Below are positions 55,296-63,477 of a DNA stretch of 64,000 nucleotides, piece after piece (position 1 is the first letter of the stretch; every line of letters begins with the position of its first letter). The position numbers and the translations under genes are program-made. The stretch lies in assembly GCA_964389685.1 (NCBI GenBank), contig CAYMFM010000002.1:33909-97908 (forward strand). Direction: 5' to 3'. The notes under the pieces are model-generated. The model saw nothing but the letters and a program-made list of their open reading frames with translations, made no database searches and was not told the origin of the DNA. This stretch comes from an uncultured Rikenellaceae bacterium (lineage in GTDB: Bacteria > Bacteroidota > Bacteroidia > Bacteroidales > VadinHA17).

Positions 55296-56516
55296 TCATG
55301 CTCTGAGTGCCTGATTAACCCGCAAGATACCGGCCCGGTATACCGGGAATATGGCAATCACGGCAGTTATGATGAATATGGTAATGACCTGGTTGTAAAA
55401 GACCGAAGGCAACCAGGAGAATAACAGAAGGGGCTCGATTCCCATCTGGATCATGGTTGCAGCAGCCTCTCCGGTTAATCGTATCGGATGATGAATGAAC
55501 CATGCGATAATCGGAACACTTCCTGCAAAACCCGCCAGCGTGCCAATTAAACCGATCAAAATGGTTTCGAAAAAGAGGATTACTCCAAGCTTCGTGCGCT
55601 GCATACCAATGGCAACCATTACTCCCATTTCCCTTCTCCTCTCTGAAAGCATCATCAAGATGGTCCCGAAAATACCAAATCCAACCAGAATATAAAGGAT
55701 GGCCTTCATAACAACTCCCCCGGCCCTGTCTGCTTCAATGAGCTGAACCACCTCGGGGTGCATCTCATTCCAGGTCATCAGACTATACGGAGAACCGATC
55801 TTTGCCTGTAGCCTTTCACTCACCCCGGGCAGTGCATAATGATTCGTAACCATGATCACGAGAGCGGTAAGAAGCGATTCGGCTGAATAGAATTCCCTGC
55901 AATTGTCTATGTCCATATAGATGAGCTCCTGGTTGATCTCGGGATTGGGGAATTCCAGAATGCCACGAATGGGATATTTGCCTGCGGCACTCACCCCATG
56001 ATAGCCCTGACCCAGTAGCACCAGGGTGTCTGATACACCAAGACCCAAATGGTTGATCAACCCGGAAACTACCAGCAATCCGTCATCCCCGGGTTCCAGA
56101 TAATGCCCTGAAGTAATCCATTTGCTGATTTCGGTGATACGGTCTTCTTCTTCAGGATCAACACCCATAATCATGGCTCCCTTTGTGGTTTCTTCGGATG
56201 AGGCAAGTGCAAACGATACAAACCGGGGTGCGATTTGTGTAACCCCTTCAGTTTGTTCAACAAGATGGATCAGGGAGTCCGTTTCCGGGAATGAATTGTT
56301 GATGGTCTTATCTTCCCAATAATCTTCCTGCTGGATCTGCATGTAACCGGAATAAAATTTCACCCAGTTATCCACCATGGATGCGTATGACCCTTCCTGC
56401 ATGGAAGACATCACGGTGGAAATAATGACCGCAAATAATACGGAGGAGACAGTGATTAAGGTTCTTCGCTTGTTCCTCCATAAGTTTTTCCATGCAATCT
56501 TCAAGTTTTTCATCAC
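55296..56516 (-). CDS. FtsX-like (MacB/LolC/E-type) ABC permease, second copy
   Basis: 406 aa with the same topology as the neighbour (WKNLWRNKRRT plus TM1, large loop, 3 TM). It is a paralogous pair, as in LolC/LolE. Confidence 0.85.
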   Translation of the reverse strand: MMKNLKIAWKNLWRNKRRTLITVSSVLFAVIISTVMSSMQEGSYASMVDNWVKFYSGYMQIQQEDYWEDKTINNSFPETDSLIHLVEQTEGVTQIAPRFVSFALASSEETTKGAMIMGVDPEEEDRITEISKWITSGHYLEPGDDGLLVVSGLINHLGLGVSDTLVLLGQGYHGVSAAGKYPIRGILEFPNPEINQELIYMDIDNCREFYSAESLLTALVIMVTNHYALPGVSERLQAKIGSPYSLMTWNEMHPEVVQLIEADRAGGVVMKAILYILVGFGIFGTILMMLSERRREMGVMVAIGMQRTKLGVILFFETILIGLIGTLAGFAGSVPIIAWFIHHPIRLTGEAAATMIQMGIEPLLLFSWLPSVFYNQVITIFIITAVIAIFPVYRAGILRVNQALRA

Positions 56517-56595
56517 AACATTGAATGTTTTTAGTTTACATTAATCTACGAGGGCATAAACCGACTTTAATCTGTGTATATCCAATTTACAAAAG

Positions 56596-57366
56596 CTACC
56601 GAACCCGCCGCATGTTCTGAATGGAGAAAAAATCATCCTCCATAGGTACGTTGAATGTCACATGGGTGAACTCCATCGTTGTTTTTTGCCCCTCCTTGTC
56701 AACCGGAATGATCTCAAAATAGGTGGGGATAATACGGTCTCCCACATTTTTTGTTTTTGATAGGATTTCACGGTTAACCAGATACCCGTCTTCATCGTAA
56801 TATTCATTCTTCAGGGTGAAATACTCATCCCTGGAGATCCAGGATATGATCTTCCCCCATACAACCGGAGCATCCTCGTGCGGTTCCAAAAGAATCTTAT
56901 AACAGTCGTACTCTTCAATCGTTTCAGTTCCAATGAGGGTGTGGCTGTAATCTTCTACGATTGATGATTCCTTCACCAGATCATCGTTGGTCATATCCGA
57001 TCCCATCCATGACTGCATCATCATCGATGGGGGGATCTTGATCATCCGTTCGATAGAAGGAACCCAATTCCACATCTCCTTCTCACGCTTCAAAAAGACC
57101 TGACCCCTCTCTTTCGCTGGTTCTGTGATATAAATCAGGGATAAATCAGTTCCTTTTGACCATGCTTTGAAGGAAAGGGTTCGATCCCATTTGGGGCGTA
57201 TGATCTTCATGGTCATTTCCGCATAACTGGAATTTCCACGCATCAGCTGATTCGCTCTGTCGATAATCTCCTTTGCTGTGGGATTATCCTGAGCCTGCAA
57301 CAGTCCCTTGCCGGGAAGTACTGTTCCAATTAGAAATACCAGTAAAAAAAAGTTGATCTTTTTCAT
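56596..57366 (-). CDS. LolA-like outer-membrane lipoprotein-sorting/carrier family protein
   Basis: The ATG at 57366 (MKKINFFLLVFLIGTVLPG signal) starts 1 nt after the TetR stop. The mature part resembles the LolA-like family annotated as outer membrane lipoprotein-sorting protein (recalled). Confidence 0.65.
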   Translation of the reverse strand: MKKINFFLLVFLIGTVLPGKGLLQAQDNPTAKEIIDRANQLMRGNSSYAEMTMKIIRPKWDRTLSFKAWSKGTDLSLIYITEPAKERGQVFLKREKEMWNWVPSIERMIKIPPSMMMQSWMGSDMTNDDLVKESSIVEDYSHTLIGTETIEEYDCYKILLEPHEDAPVVWGKIISWISRDEYFTLKNEYYDEDGYLVNREILSKTKNVGDRIIPTYFEIIPVDKEGQKTTMEFTHVTFNVPMEDDFFSIQNMRRVR

Positions 57367-57367
57367 C

Positions 57368-57949
57368 TTATTCATCTGCATAGAGTTCAATTATTTTTTG
57401 TTTAACCGATTCAAGTGGAAAACTTACAGGGTTCATAACATAATGAATCCCGATACCATCCAGCAGAGCAACGAATACCCGTGCCGAAGTTTTTGGATTT
57501 TCATCTCCCAGCTGTTCAAAATAGCGTTCTACCATGCCGAAAAGTGATTCGATCGTCTCCTGAAACACCTTATCGACCAGTCTCAATACAGGCGGTTGTG
57601 TCAAAATCCCAAAATATAGCTTCCAGAATTCCACGTTTTCTTTCAGAATCCGGAAGGTCTCTTCAATGAAATACTTCATCTCCTGCCTGGTAAGCATACC
57701 ATCATGATCCGGATCAAAATAGGTCATGATCTCTTCAAGGCCCCTGGCAATGATGACATGAATTAATTCTTCCTTGCTCTCAAAGTAATTGTACAAAAGC
57801 CCCTTGGAGATACCTGCTTTATTCGCAATGTCCTTAATCGAAGTATTGTGAAAACCCTCATTAGCAAAAAGCTCAAGGGCCGTATCCATGATCAGCAGCT
57901 TTTTCCCTTCACGGATCGCTTCAAATTGTTCGGATGTGCGCGGTGACAT
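57368..57949 (-). CDS. TetR/AcrR family transcriptional regulator
   Basis: The ATG at 57949 is preferred. The TTG at 57982 would place a promoter box and a palindrome inside the ORF. The HTH is FHNTSIKDIANKAGISKGLLYNYF. Confidence 0.9.
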   Translation of the reverse strand: MSPRTSEQFEAIREGKKLLIMDTALELFANEGFHNTSIKDIANKAGISKGLLYNYFESKEELIHVIIARGLEEIMTYFDPDHDGMLTRQEMKYFIEETFRILKENVEFWKLYFGILTQPPVLRLVDKVFQETIESLFGMVERYFEQLGDENPKTSARVFVALLDGIGIHYVMNPVSFPLESVKQKIIELYADE

Positions 57950-57963
57950 ATCGTTTTGTTTTA

Positions 57964-57981
57964 TGACTGAACGTTTGGTCA
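57964..57981. promoter_or_regulatory. candidate TetR operator: 18-bp imperfect palindrome
   Basis: TGACtgAACGTTtgGTCA has 14 of 18 positions self-complementary. It is positioned over the expected transcription start, between the -7 box and the ATG. Confidence 0.4.
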
Positions 57982-57987
57982 AAAATA
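57980..57987 (-). promoter_or_regulatory. -7 box (TAnnTTTG) of the TetR-led operon
   Basis: The minus strand reads TATTTTTG. It abuts the palindromic operator candidate and lies 31 nt upstream of the ATG at 57949. Confidence 0.4.
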
Positions 57988-58088
57988 AAGCAACCGGTAT
58001 TAAAATCCAAATTTTTTAATGAAAAAATGGCACATTTTTTTTAATGCTTTGATATACAATGGTTAAAGATTTAATGAATTGACAACAT

Positions 58089-58913
58089 TTATTCGGGATG
58101 GTGGTAACCTTGTAATTTTCGTTTCAACAGGGTTACCTTATCGACTGTAGTGAGGGATTGTTCTTGCTGGTTGAGGGCCGTTTCCCATGCACCATATATT
58201 GGATTGGGTAAGATAATGAAACGGCTGCCAAAATCGTCAGCATACCGGTCGACAAGAAGATGTCCATCGTGATCGGAGCGATCCTCAAAAAGTGCGGAAA
58301 AATCATTCAGATTATCACCCATAAGTAAAATGATCTCATGGTTATCGGAGACTTTTTCCAGTCTTGCTTTTTTGCTGCTGGTGCTGTCTTTCAGAAGCAA
58401 ATGGTTCTGATCTGCATAGGGGAAACCTAATGTGGCCAAGTTATTGATCGTTGCTTTCATCTCTTTTACGGTCCGGTTTGAGGCATAAAAAATCTCGATC
58501 TCTTTTTCGTATAGGTATTGACAGAATTTTAGGGCTCCAGGCAGGGCATCGGCTGATGCATGCCGGGTCCATTGGTACCAGAGATCCGGATTGTATGATT
58601 GCTCCTGAAGGATCAGTTCTGCCTGAAACGGGCTGTTATCCAGGATGGTTTCATCGATGTCAAGAATAACGGCTTTTTTCCCATGGGATGGTTGAAGCAA
58701 CCGTTGATCGACGACTGTTCTGGCCCAATTGAATGCCTGGTAACTTAGGGCTCTCATCTCTGCCGATCTCTGATACCAGAGTGTGGCCATGATGAGATGA
58801 TCCTGTGGTTGCTCAGCGGGAATTTTTAGAGGGTCAGCCGGGGGATTTGATCCCATGGTTGAACAGGAAACGACGATTACTACAAACAGATAGAAAATGC
58901 GTATTGTTTTCAT
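58089..58913 (-). CDS. class C acid phosphatase / 5'-nucleotidase, lipoprotein e(P4) family
   Basis: 274 aa with the lipobox VVSC. HAD-IIIB motifs are ILDIDETILDNSP and LLMGDNLNDF. Confidence 0.85.
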   Translation of the reverse strand: MKTIRIFYLFVVIVVSCSTMGSNPPADPLKIPAEQPQDHLIMATLWYQRSAEMRALSYQAFNWARTVVDQRLLQPSHGKKAVILDIDETILDNSPFQAELILQEQSYNPDLWYQWTRHASADALPGALKFCQYLYEKEIEIFYASNRTVKEMKATINNLATLGFPYADQNHLLLKDSTSSKKARLEKVSDNHEIILLMGDNLNDFSALFEDRSDHDGHLLVDRYADDFGSRFIILPNPIYGAWETALNQQEQSLTTVDKVTLLKRKLQGYHHPE

Positions 58914-58945
58914 CTTTTTGTTTTATCAAGGAATGGACAGAATGT

Positions 58946-58953
58946 CAAAGATA
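58946..58953 (-). promoter_or_regulatory. -7 box (TAnnTTTG) upstream of the e(P4) phosphatase gene
   Basis: The minus strand reads TATCTTTG, 33 nt upstream of the ATG at 58913. Confidence 0.3.
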
Positions 58954-58969
58954 TCATTTTTGTTTGCAG

Positions 58970-58996
58970 TGTAACTTTCATCTGTCTATATTCGTC
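58970..58996 (+). promoter_or_regulatory. ECF-type promoter candidate (TGTAAC-N17-CGTC) upstream of the ECF sigma gene
   Basis: TGTAAC (58970-58975), a 17-nt spacer, then CGTC (58993-58996), 22 nt before the ATG at 59019. The AAC/CGT signature matches many ECF self-promoters. No TAnnTTTG box is present on this strand. Confidence 0.4.
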
Positions 58997-59018
58997 CTAG
59001 TTTTGAGTTTGCTACCGT

Positions 59019-59504
59019 ATGACTGTAGAGGAATACAACCAGAGCGTCGATCAATTCTCTGATGGGCTTTACCGTTTTATCCTGAATAATATTAAGGATG
59101 CGGAGAAAGCAAGGGATATCATTCAGGACACCTATGAAAAGTTATGGAGGAAGCTAGAGACGGTTTCCAGTGAAAAGGTAAAATCCTATCTGTTTACAAC
59201 GGCATACCATACGATGATTGATCTACTGCGAAAAGAGAAATGGAGTACGGATTTCAATACTGTAAACCGGGACAGCTATTCTCATACGGATCAATATTCC
59301 GATTTGAATGAGATTTTGCATGAAGCAATAGAGCGGCTACCTGAGGATCAACGATCCGTGATCATGCTGCGGGATTACGAAGGATATTCCTATCAGGAGA
59401 TAGCAGAGATTACCGGTCTGACTGAGTCACAGGTGAAAGTTTATATTTACCGCGGCAGGCTGTTTTTAAAGAACTACCTTGGTAAAATTGAATCGGTCAT
59501 TTAG
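59019..59504 (+). CDS. ECF-subfamily RNA polymerase sigma-70 factor
   Basis: 161 aa. Region 2 is ARDIIQDTYEKLW...YLFTTAYH and region 4 is the HTH SYQEIAEITGLTESQVKVYIYRGR. Confidence 0.9.
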   Translation: MTVEEYNQSVDQFSDGLYRFILNNIKDAEKARDIIQDTYEKLWRKLETVSSEKVKSYLFTTAYHTMIDLLRKEKWSTDFNTVNRDSYSHTDQYSDLNEILHEAIERLPEDQRSVIMLRDYEGYSYQEIAEITGLTESQVKVYIYRGRLFLKNYLGKIESVI

Positions 59505-59513
59505 TTTCAACGG

Positions 59514-60635
59514 ATGAACATCACAAGGGAAAATTACGAAAGCTTTTTTCTGGATTACCTGGAGGGATCTCTGGATTCTTCCATGGTGGAAGAGATGAAC
59601 GTTTTCCTTGAGAGCAATCCCGATCTTAAGGAGGAGCTTGAGGAGTTTAAACAGGTGTCTCTTCAGGCTGATCCTATCGCTTTCAGGGATAAAGAGCAAT
59701 TGAAAAAGATCGTTTCAAAACGAGACGATATTGGGGACAAGCACTTTGATCACCTCTGTATTGCAAAACTTGAAGGAGACTTGAATAGCGCTGAGGAGAA
59801 GGCACTGGATCAATTACTGATTGAACATCCACAGCGGAAAAAAGAACTGGATCTCTTTTTCAAAACTAAACTTCAGCCGTTACCGGTGATTTTTCCGGAT
59901 AAGCGATTATTGAAAAGAAAAGCACCAGCTTTCCGGCGTAAATATGCCTGGTATTCTATTTCTGCTGCAGCATCAGTTATCCTGATTCTGGCATTTTTGC
60001 TGTTGTTGAGCCGATTCCGGAATCCGCAGGAAGAACGCATTGCTATTATTTCACCGATGACTGAAAGCAGCGATGGCACGGTTTCAGAAGAGCCAACAAT
60101 CATAGAAGAAGATGTTCCAGCTTTAGTTGATCAAGTTGTTGAGCGAATGGTTCCCAAAGTAGAGAGTGGAACAGTGAAAAAAGTTGATGTAGTAGCGATG
60201 AATATTCCTGAGACAACAATGGAACAGAAGGGGGAAAGCATTTCCGTAAATTATCCGGAGATCGTCGCTGATCGTAGAACCAATCTGGATCTTTTGAGCA
60301 GGCGTGAATTTGAACAGATCACTACCTCTCCATACACTACCATAGCTACCACGGAGATAATGGAGCAAGAGAATGAGGTTGAAGAAGAGTATCTCACCTT
60401 ACGCGAAGTGGTTGCCCGGAGACTGAGAAGTGCCGTGTCTGCAGAAGAACCTGGCGTAACCGGACAGGAAGATAAAATAACGTTCCTGGATATTGCAGAT
60501 GCCGGTGTACGGGGCATTAGCCGAATTCCCGGTATTGACATGAAATTGGATCGGTATTATGATCAAAATGGTCAGTTGAACTCCTATGCCTTTACCTCTA
60601 AATCCCTCTCTTTTTCGCACGAAGTAAAAAAGTAG
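59514..60635 (+). CDS. anti-sigma-factor-like single-pass membrane protein
   Basis: 373 aa starting 9 nt after the sigma gene. The cytoplasmic N-terminus carries a duplicated motif (FLDYLEGSLDSSMVEEMNVFLESNPDLKEELEEF and LCIAKLEGDLNSAEEKALDQLLIEHPQRKKELDLF). A TM lies at aa ~146-166 and the C-terminal half is acidic and extracytoplasmic. No HxxxCxxC zinc motif is present. Confidence 0.5.
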   Translation: MNITRENYESFFLDYLEGSLDSSMVEEMNVFLESNPDLKEELEEFKQVSLQADPIAFRDKEQLKKIVSKRDDIGDKHFDHLCIAKLEGDLNSAEEKALDQLLIEHPQRKKELDLFFKTKLQPLPVIFPDKRLLKRKAPAFRRKYAWYSISAAASVILILAFLLLLSRFRNPQEERIAIISPMTESSDGTVSEEPTIIEEDVPALVDQVVERMVPKVESGTVKKVDVVAMNIPETTMEQKGESISVNYPEIVADRRTNLDLLSRREFEQITTSPYTTIATTEIMEQENEVEEEYLTLREVVARRLRSAVSAEEPGVTGQEDKITFLDIADAGVRGISRIPGIDMKLDRYYDQNGQLNSYAFTSKSLSFSHEVKK

Positions 60636-60724
60636 CGTTCATTGTAACATTTGAAACGGTGATACGTCCTACGGTCAAATGCAGGTTTATCCTGCAGCAT
60701 GTTTAATTCACAAAGCAACACACA

Positions 60725-61684
60725 ATGAAAAAATTTGGACTACTGCTACTACTGATCCCTGCGTTTGTTTGGACTTCATCGGGACAAACGGATACAGGAA
60801 AAGTCACCGTGAAGGAGAATGATGTGATCCTGATTGAAGAGGACATTAAAGGAACATCCATTAACGTTGGATCGGATGGTATACTGACTTACGAAGCTAA
60901 GGATGATACCATTCAGGTGAAACTTGGCAAGCGAGGGATTAAGATCATGGAAAAAGAGAATGGAACTTCGATTGATATCATTGATCTGGATGAGCGTGAC
61001 GAGGACCGTTCCGATAAGAAATGGAAGCGATTCAGAGGTCATTGGATGGGATTTGAACTGGGATTGAATAATTTGCTTACCAGTGATTATAACATGGATT
61101 ATCCGGAAGAGTCCAGGTTTATGGAACTGAATACCGGGAAGTCGTGGAATTTTAACATTAATTTTCTACAGTACAGCCTTGGTTTTGGTACGGACAAGGT
61201 AGGCCTGGTGACGGGATTGGGGTTGGAAATGAATAATTACCGGTTTGATCATTCCCTTTCCATCATGAAAGAGGATGGGGTCATTGTTGCCGACAGCTCC
61301 TATTTGCTTGATCCGAATGTGAGCAACGTTGAAAAATCGAAACTGCACACGACCTATTTGACCCTGCCATTGCTTCTTGAATTTCAGATCCCTGCGGGTA
61401 GGAATAATCACCGGATTCATATTTCTGCAGGTGCTATCGGAGGGGTAAAACTATGGTCACCCACGAAAGTTGTTTATAAGGATCAGAATGGGAACAAAGA
61501 GAAAAATAAAGTGAAGGGGAATGATTATAATCTGTCTCCTTTGAGATACGGTGTCACGGCCCGCATTGGTTACAGGGCTTTAAATGTGTATGCAAACTTA
61601 AACCTGACGCCCCTGTTTGAAAAGAATAAGGGGCCCGAACTCTATCCTTTTTCCATCGGGTTAATTCTCCATTTTTTCAACTAA
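60725..61684 (+). CDS. outer-membrane beta-barrel protein (PorT/OmpA-barrel-like small barrel with N-terminal extension)
   Basis: 319 aa with a signal peptide (MKKFGLLLLLIPAFVWTSSGQ). The C-terminal ~200 aa show an alternating beta-strand pattern ending in an aromatic-rich tail (LILHFFN). A strong terminator follows. Confidence 0.55.
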   Translation: MKKFGLLLLLIPAFVWTSSGQTDTGKVTVKENDVILIEEDIKGTSINVGSDGILTYEAKDDTIQVKLGKRGIKIMEKENGTSIDIIDLDERDEDRSDKKWKRFRGHWMGFELGLNNLLTSDYNMDYPEESRFMELNTGKSWNFNINFLQYSLGFGTDKVGLVTGLGLEMNNYRFDHSLSIMKEDGVIVADSSYLLDPNVSNVEKSKLHTTYLTLPLLLEFQIPAGRNNHRIHISAGAIGGVKLWSPTKVVYKDQNGNKEKNKVKGNDYNLSPLRYGVTARIGYRALNVYANLNLTPLFEKNKGPELYPFSIGLILHFFN

Positions 61685-61763
61685 TTGGGTCATCGGACAT
61701 GAGAGGCAAAGGGTGTCAGAAGCAGGATTAACCGCAAAGCAGAATCCGTGGTTAGTTATTATA

Positions 61764-61789
61764 AAGGGCTGTAGAAAGCCCTTTTTTTT
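61764..61789 (+). terminator. Rho-independent terminator after the beta-barrel gene of the ECF module
   Basis: AAGGGCT-gtagaa-AGCCCTT (7-bp stem) runs into a T-tract of eight T residues in total. Confidence 0.75.
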
Positions 61790-61856
61790 GTGCCCTGGTT
61801 ATCGAAGGGACTATCTGTTATTTTCCTATCTTTATCCACCCATTACATCTTTGAGC

Positions 61857-62633
61857 ATGGAAAAGGAAGAACTTACTCACCAGGAATTGCGGCGGTATAA
61901 CCGTCACATCATGCTGCCGGAGGTCGGTATAGACGGGCAGAAGGCGCTGAAAAAGGCCAGAGTCCTGGTTGTTGGAGCCGGAGGCCTGGGGTGCCCGGTT
62001 CTGCAATACCTGGCAGCGATCGGTATTGGCACATTAGGAATCATTGATTTTGACAAAGTGGATGAAGAGAACCTGCAACGGCAGGTTCTTTATGGTTTGC
62101 AGGACCTGGGTAAATTGAAGTCCATCATTGTCAAAACTCGGCTTCAGCATTTTAACCCGCTGGTGAACTATGAGATCATTAATATACGCATGGATAGAAA
62201 CAATGCCCTGAACATCATTCAACAATATGATATTGTTGTGGATGCCACGGATAATTATCCAACGCGTTACCTGATCAATGATGCTTGCGTGATCCTTAAA
62301 AAACCCATGGTCTATGGAAGCATTTATACTTTTGAGGGACAGGTTTCCGTTTTCAATTACCGGGAAGGACCAACCTACCGTTGTCTCTTTCCCAAAATGC
62401 CGGGTAAACGGGAAGCACCTGCAGCATCTGAAATTGGGGTGATCGGTGTACTTCCAGGAATAATTGGCACTTTTCAGGCAAACGAGGTGATAAAAATAAT
62501 CCTTGGTAAAGGAGGAATCCTGTCCGGGAAACTACTGGTTATTAATATTCTGGAACCCTCCTTCTACCGGTTTACCATTACAAAAAACCAGAAGAACCTT
62601 TCCATAACGGAGCTGTCAGATTATTCCCAATAA
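61857..62633 (+). CDS. HesA/MoeB/ThiF family E1-like adenylyltransferase
   Basis: The ATG at 61857 is preferred, because the ORF-track start at 61713 spans a terminator. Motifs are RYNRHIMLPEVG and the nucleotide loop VVGAGGLGCP. It has about 259 aa and no rhodanese domain. Confidence 0.85.
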   Translation: MEKEELTHQELRRYNRHIMLPEVGIDGQKALKKARVLVVGAGGLGCPVLQYLAAIGIGTLGIIDFDKVDEENLQRQVLYGLQDLGKLKSIIVKTRLQHFNPLVNYEIINIRMDRNNALNIIQQYDIVVDATDNYPTRYLINDACVILKKPMVYGSIYTFEGQVSVFNYREGPTYRCLFPKMPGKREAPAASEIGVIGVLPGIIGTFQANEVIKIILGKGGILSGKLLVINILEPSFYRFTITKNQKNLSITELSDYSQ

Positions 62634-62713
62634 TCGTACACATTTCCTGAGGAAAGGAACCTGGTAATGCAAAGTCTAACGTAACAGAGCGCATAATACA
62701 AAGAGAAAAGCAT

Positions 62714-63421
62714 ATGAAACTACTACTGATCAGTAATTCGACCAATGCCGGAGAGGAATATCTTGATTATCCGAAGTATCAGATAAAAGAATTCCTGGGT
62801 GAACGCCGGGTAACTGCGCTGTTTATCCCCTATGCAGCAGTTACTTTTTCGTTTGATGACTATGAGAAAAAGGTCGATTCCCGTTTCAGGGAGGTAGGCC
62901 ATGCCGTGAAATCTGTCCATCATTTTTCTGATCCACTGGATGCCATTGCCAATGCTGAAGCCATTGTAGTAGGGGGTGGAAACACCTGGCAACTAATCAG
63001 CATGATGCAGGAAAAAGGAATGGTGGATGCCATTGCAAAACGAGTGCAGGGTAGGGTTCCCTACATTGGCTGGAGTGCAGGCTCCAACATTGCATGTCCA
63101 ACCATTCGTACCACCAATGATATGCCCATAACCGAACCAGAAAGCTTTAACGCGTTTGATTTGATCCCCTTTCAGATCAATCCCCATTACCTGGATGCAA
63201 ATCCTGAAGGCCATGCGGGTGAGACCAGGGAGGCAAGAATTGAGGAATTCATTGAGGTAAATCCCGACGTTTATGTGATGGGATTGCGTGAAGGAACCAT
63301 GTTGTGGATAGAAGAGGAGCGCATCAGACTAATCGGCCCGCGAAAGGCAAGAATCTTCAAGAAAAACAGGAAACCTCAAGAACTGGGACCGGAAGATGAT
63401 TTCAGTTTTCTTTTATCATAA
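62714..63421 (+). CDS. pepE: dipeptidase E (S51 peptidase)
   Basis: 235 aa beginning MKLLLISNS, with GGGNT, the nucleophile context GWSAGSN and the His context INPHY. Confidence 0.9.
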   Translation: MKLLLISNSTNAGEEYLDYPKYQIKEFLGERRVTALFIPYAAVTFSFDDYEKKVDSRFREVGHAVKSVHHFSDPLDAIANAEAIVVGGGNTWQLISMMQEKGMVDAIAKRVQGRVPYIGWSAGSNIACPTIRTTNDMPITEPESFNAFDLIPFQINPHYLDANPEGHAGETREARIEEFIEVNPDVYVMGLREGTMLWIEEERIRLIGPRKARIFKKNRKPQELGPEDDFSFLLS

Positions 63422-63477
63422 CAATACAACCCCCCTGTTTCCCCGTTTAATTCAAAGTTGAGATTGGAGCAAAACGT

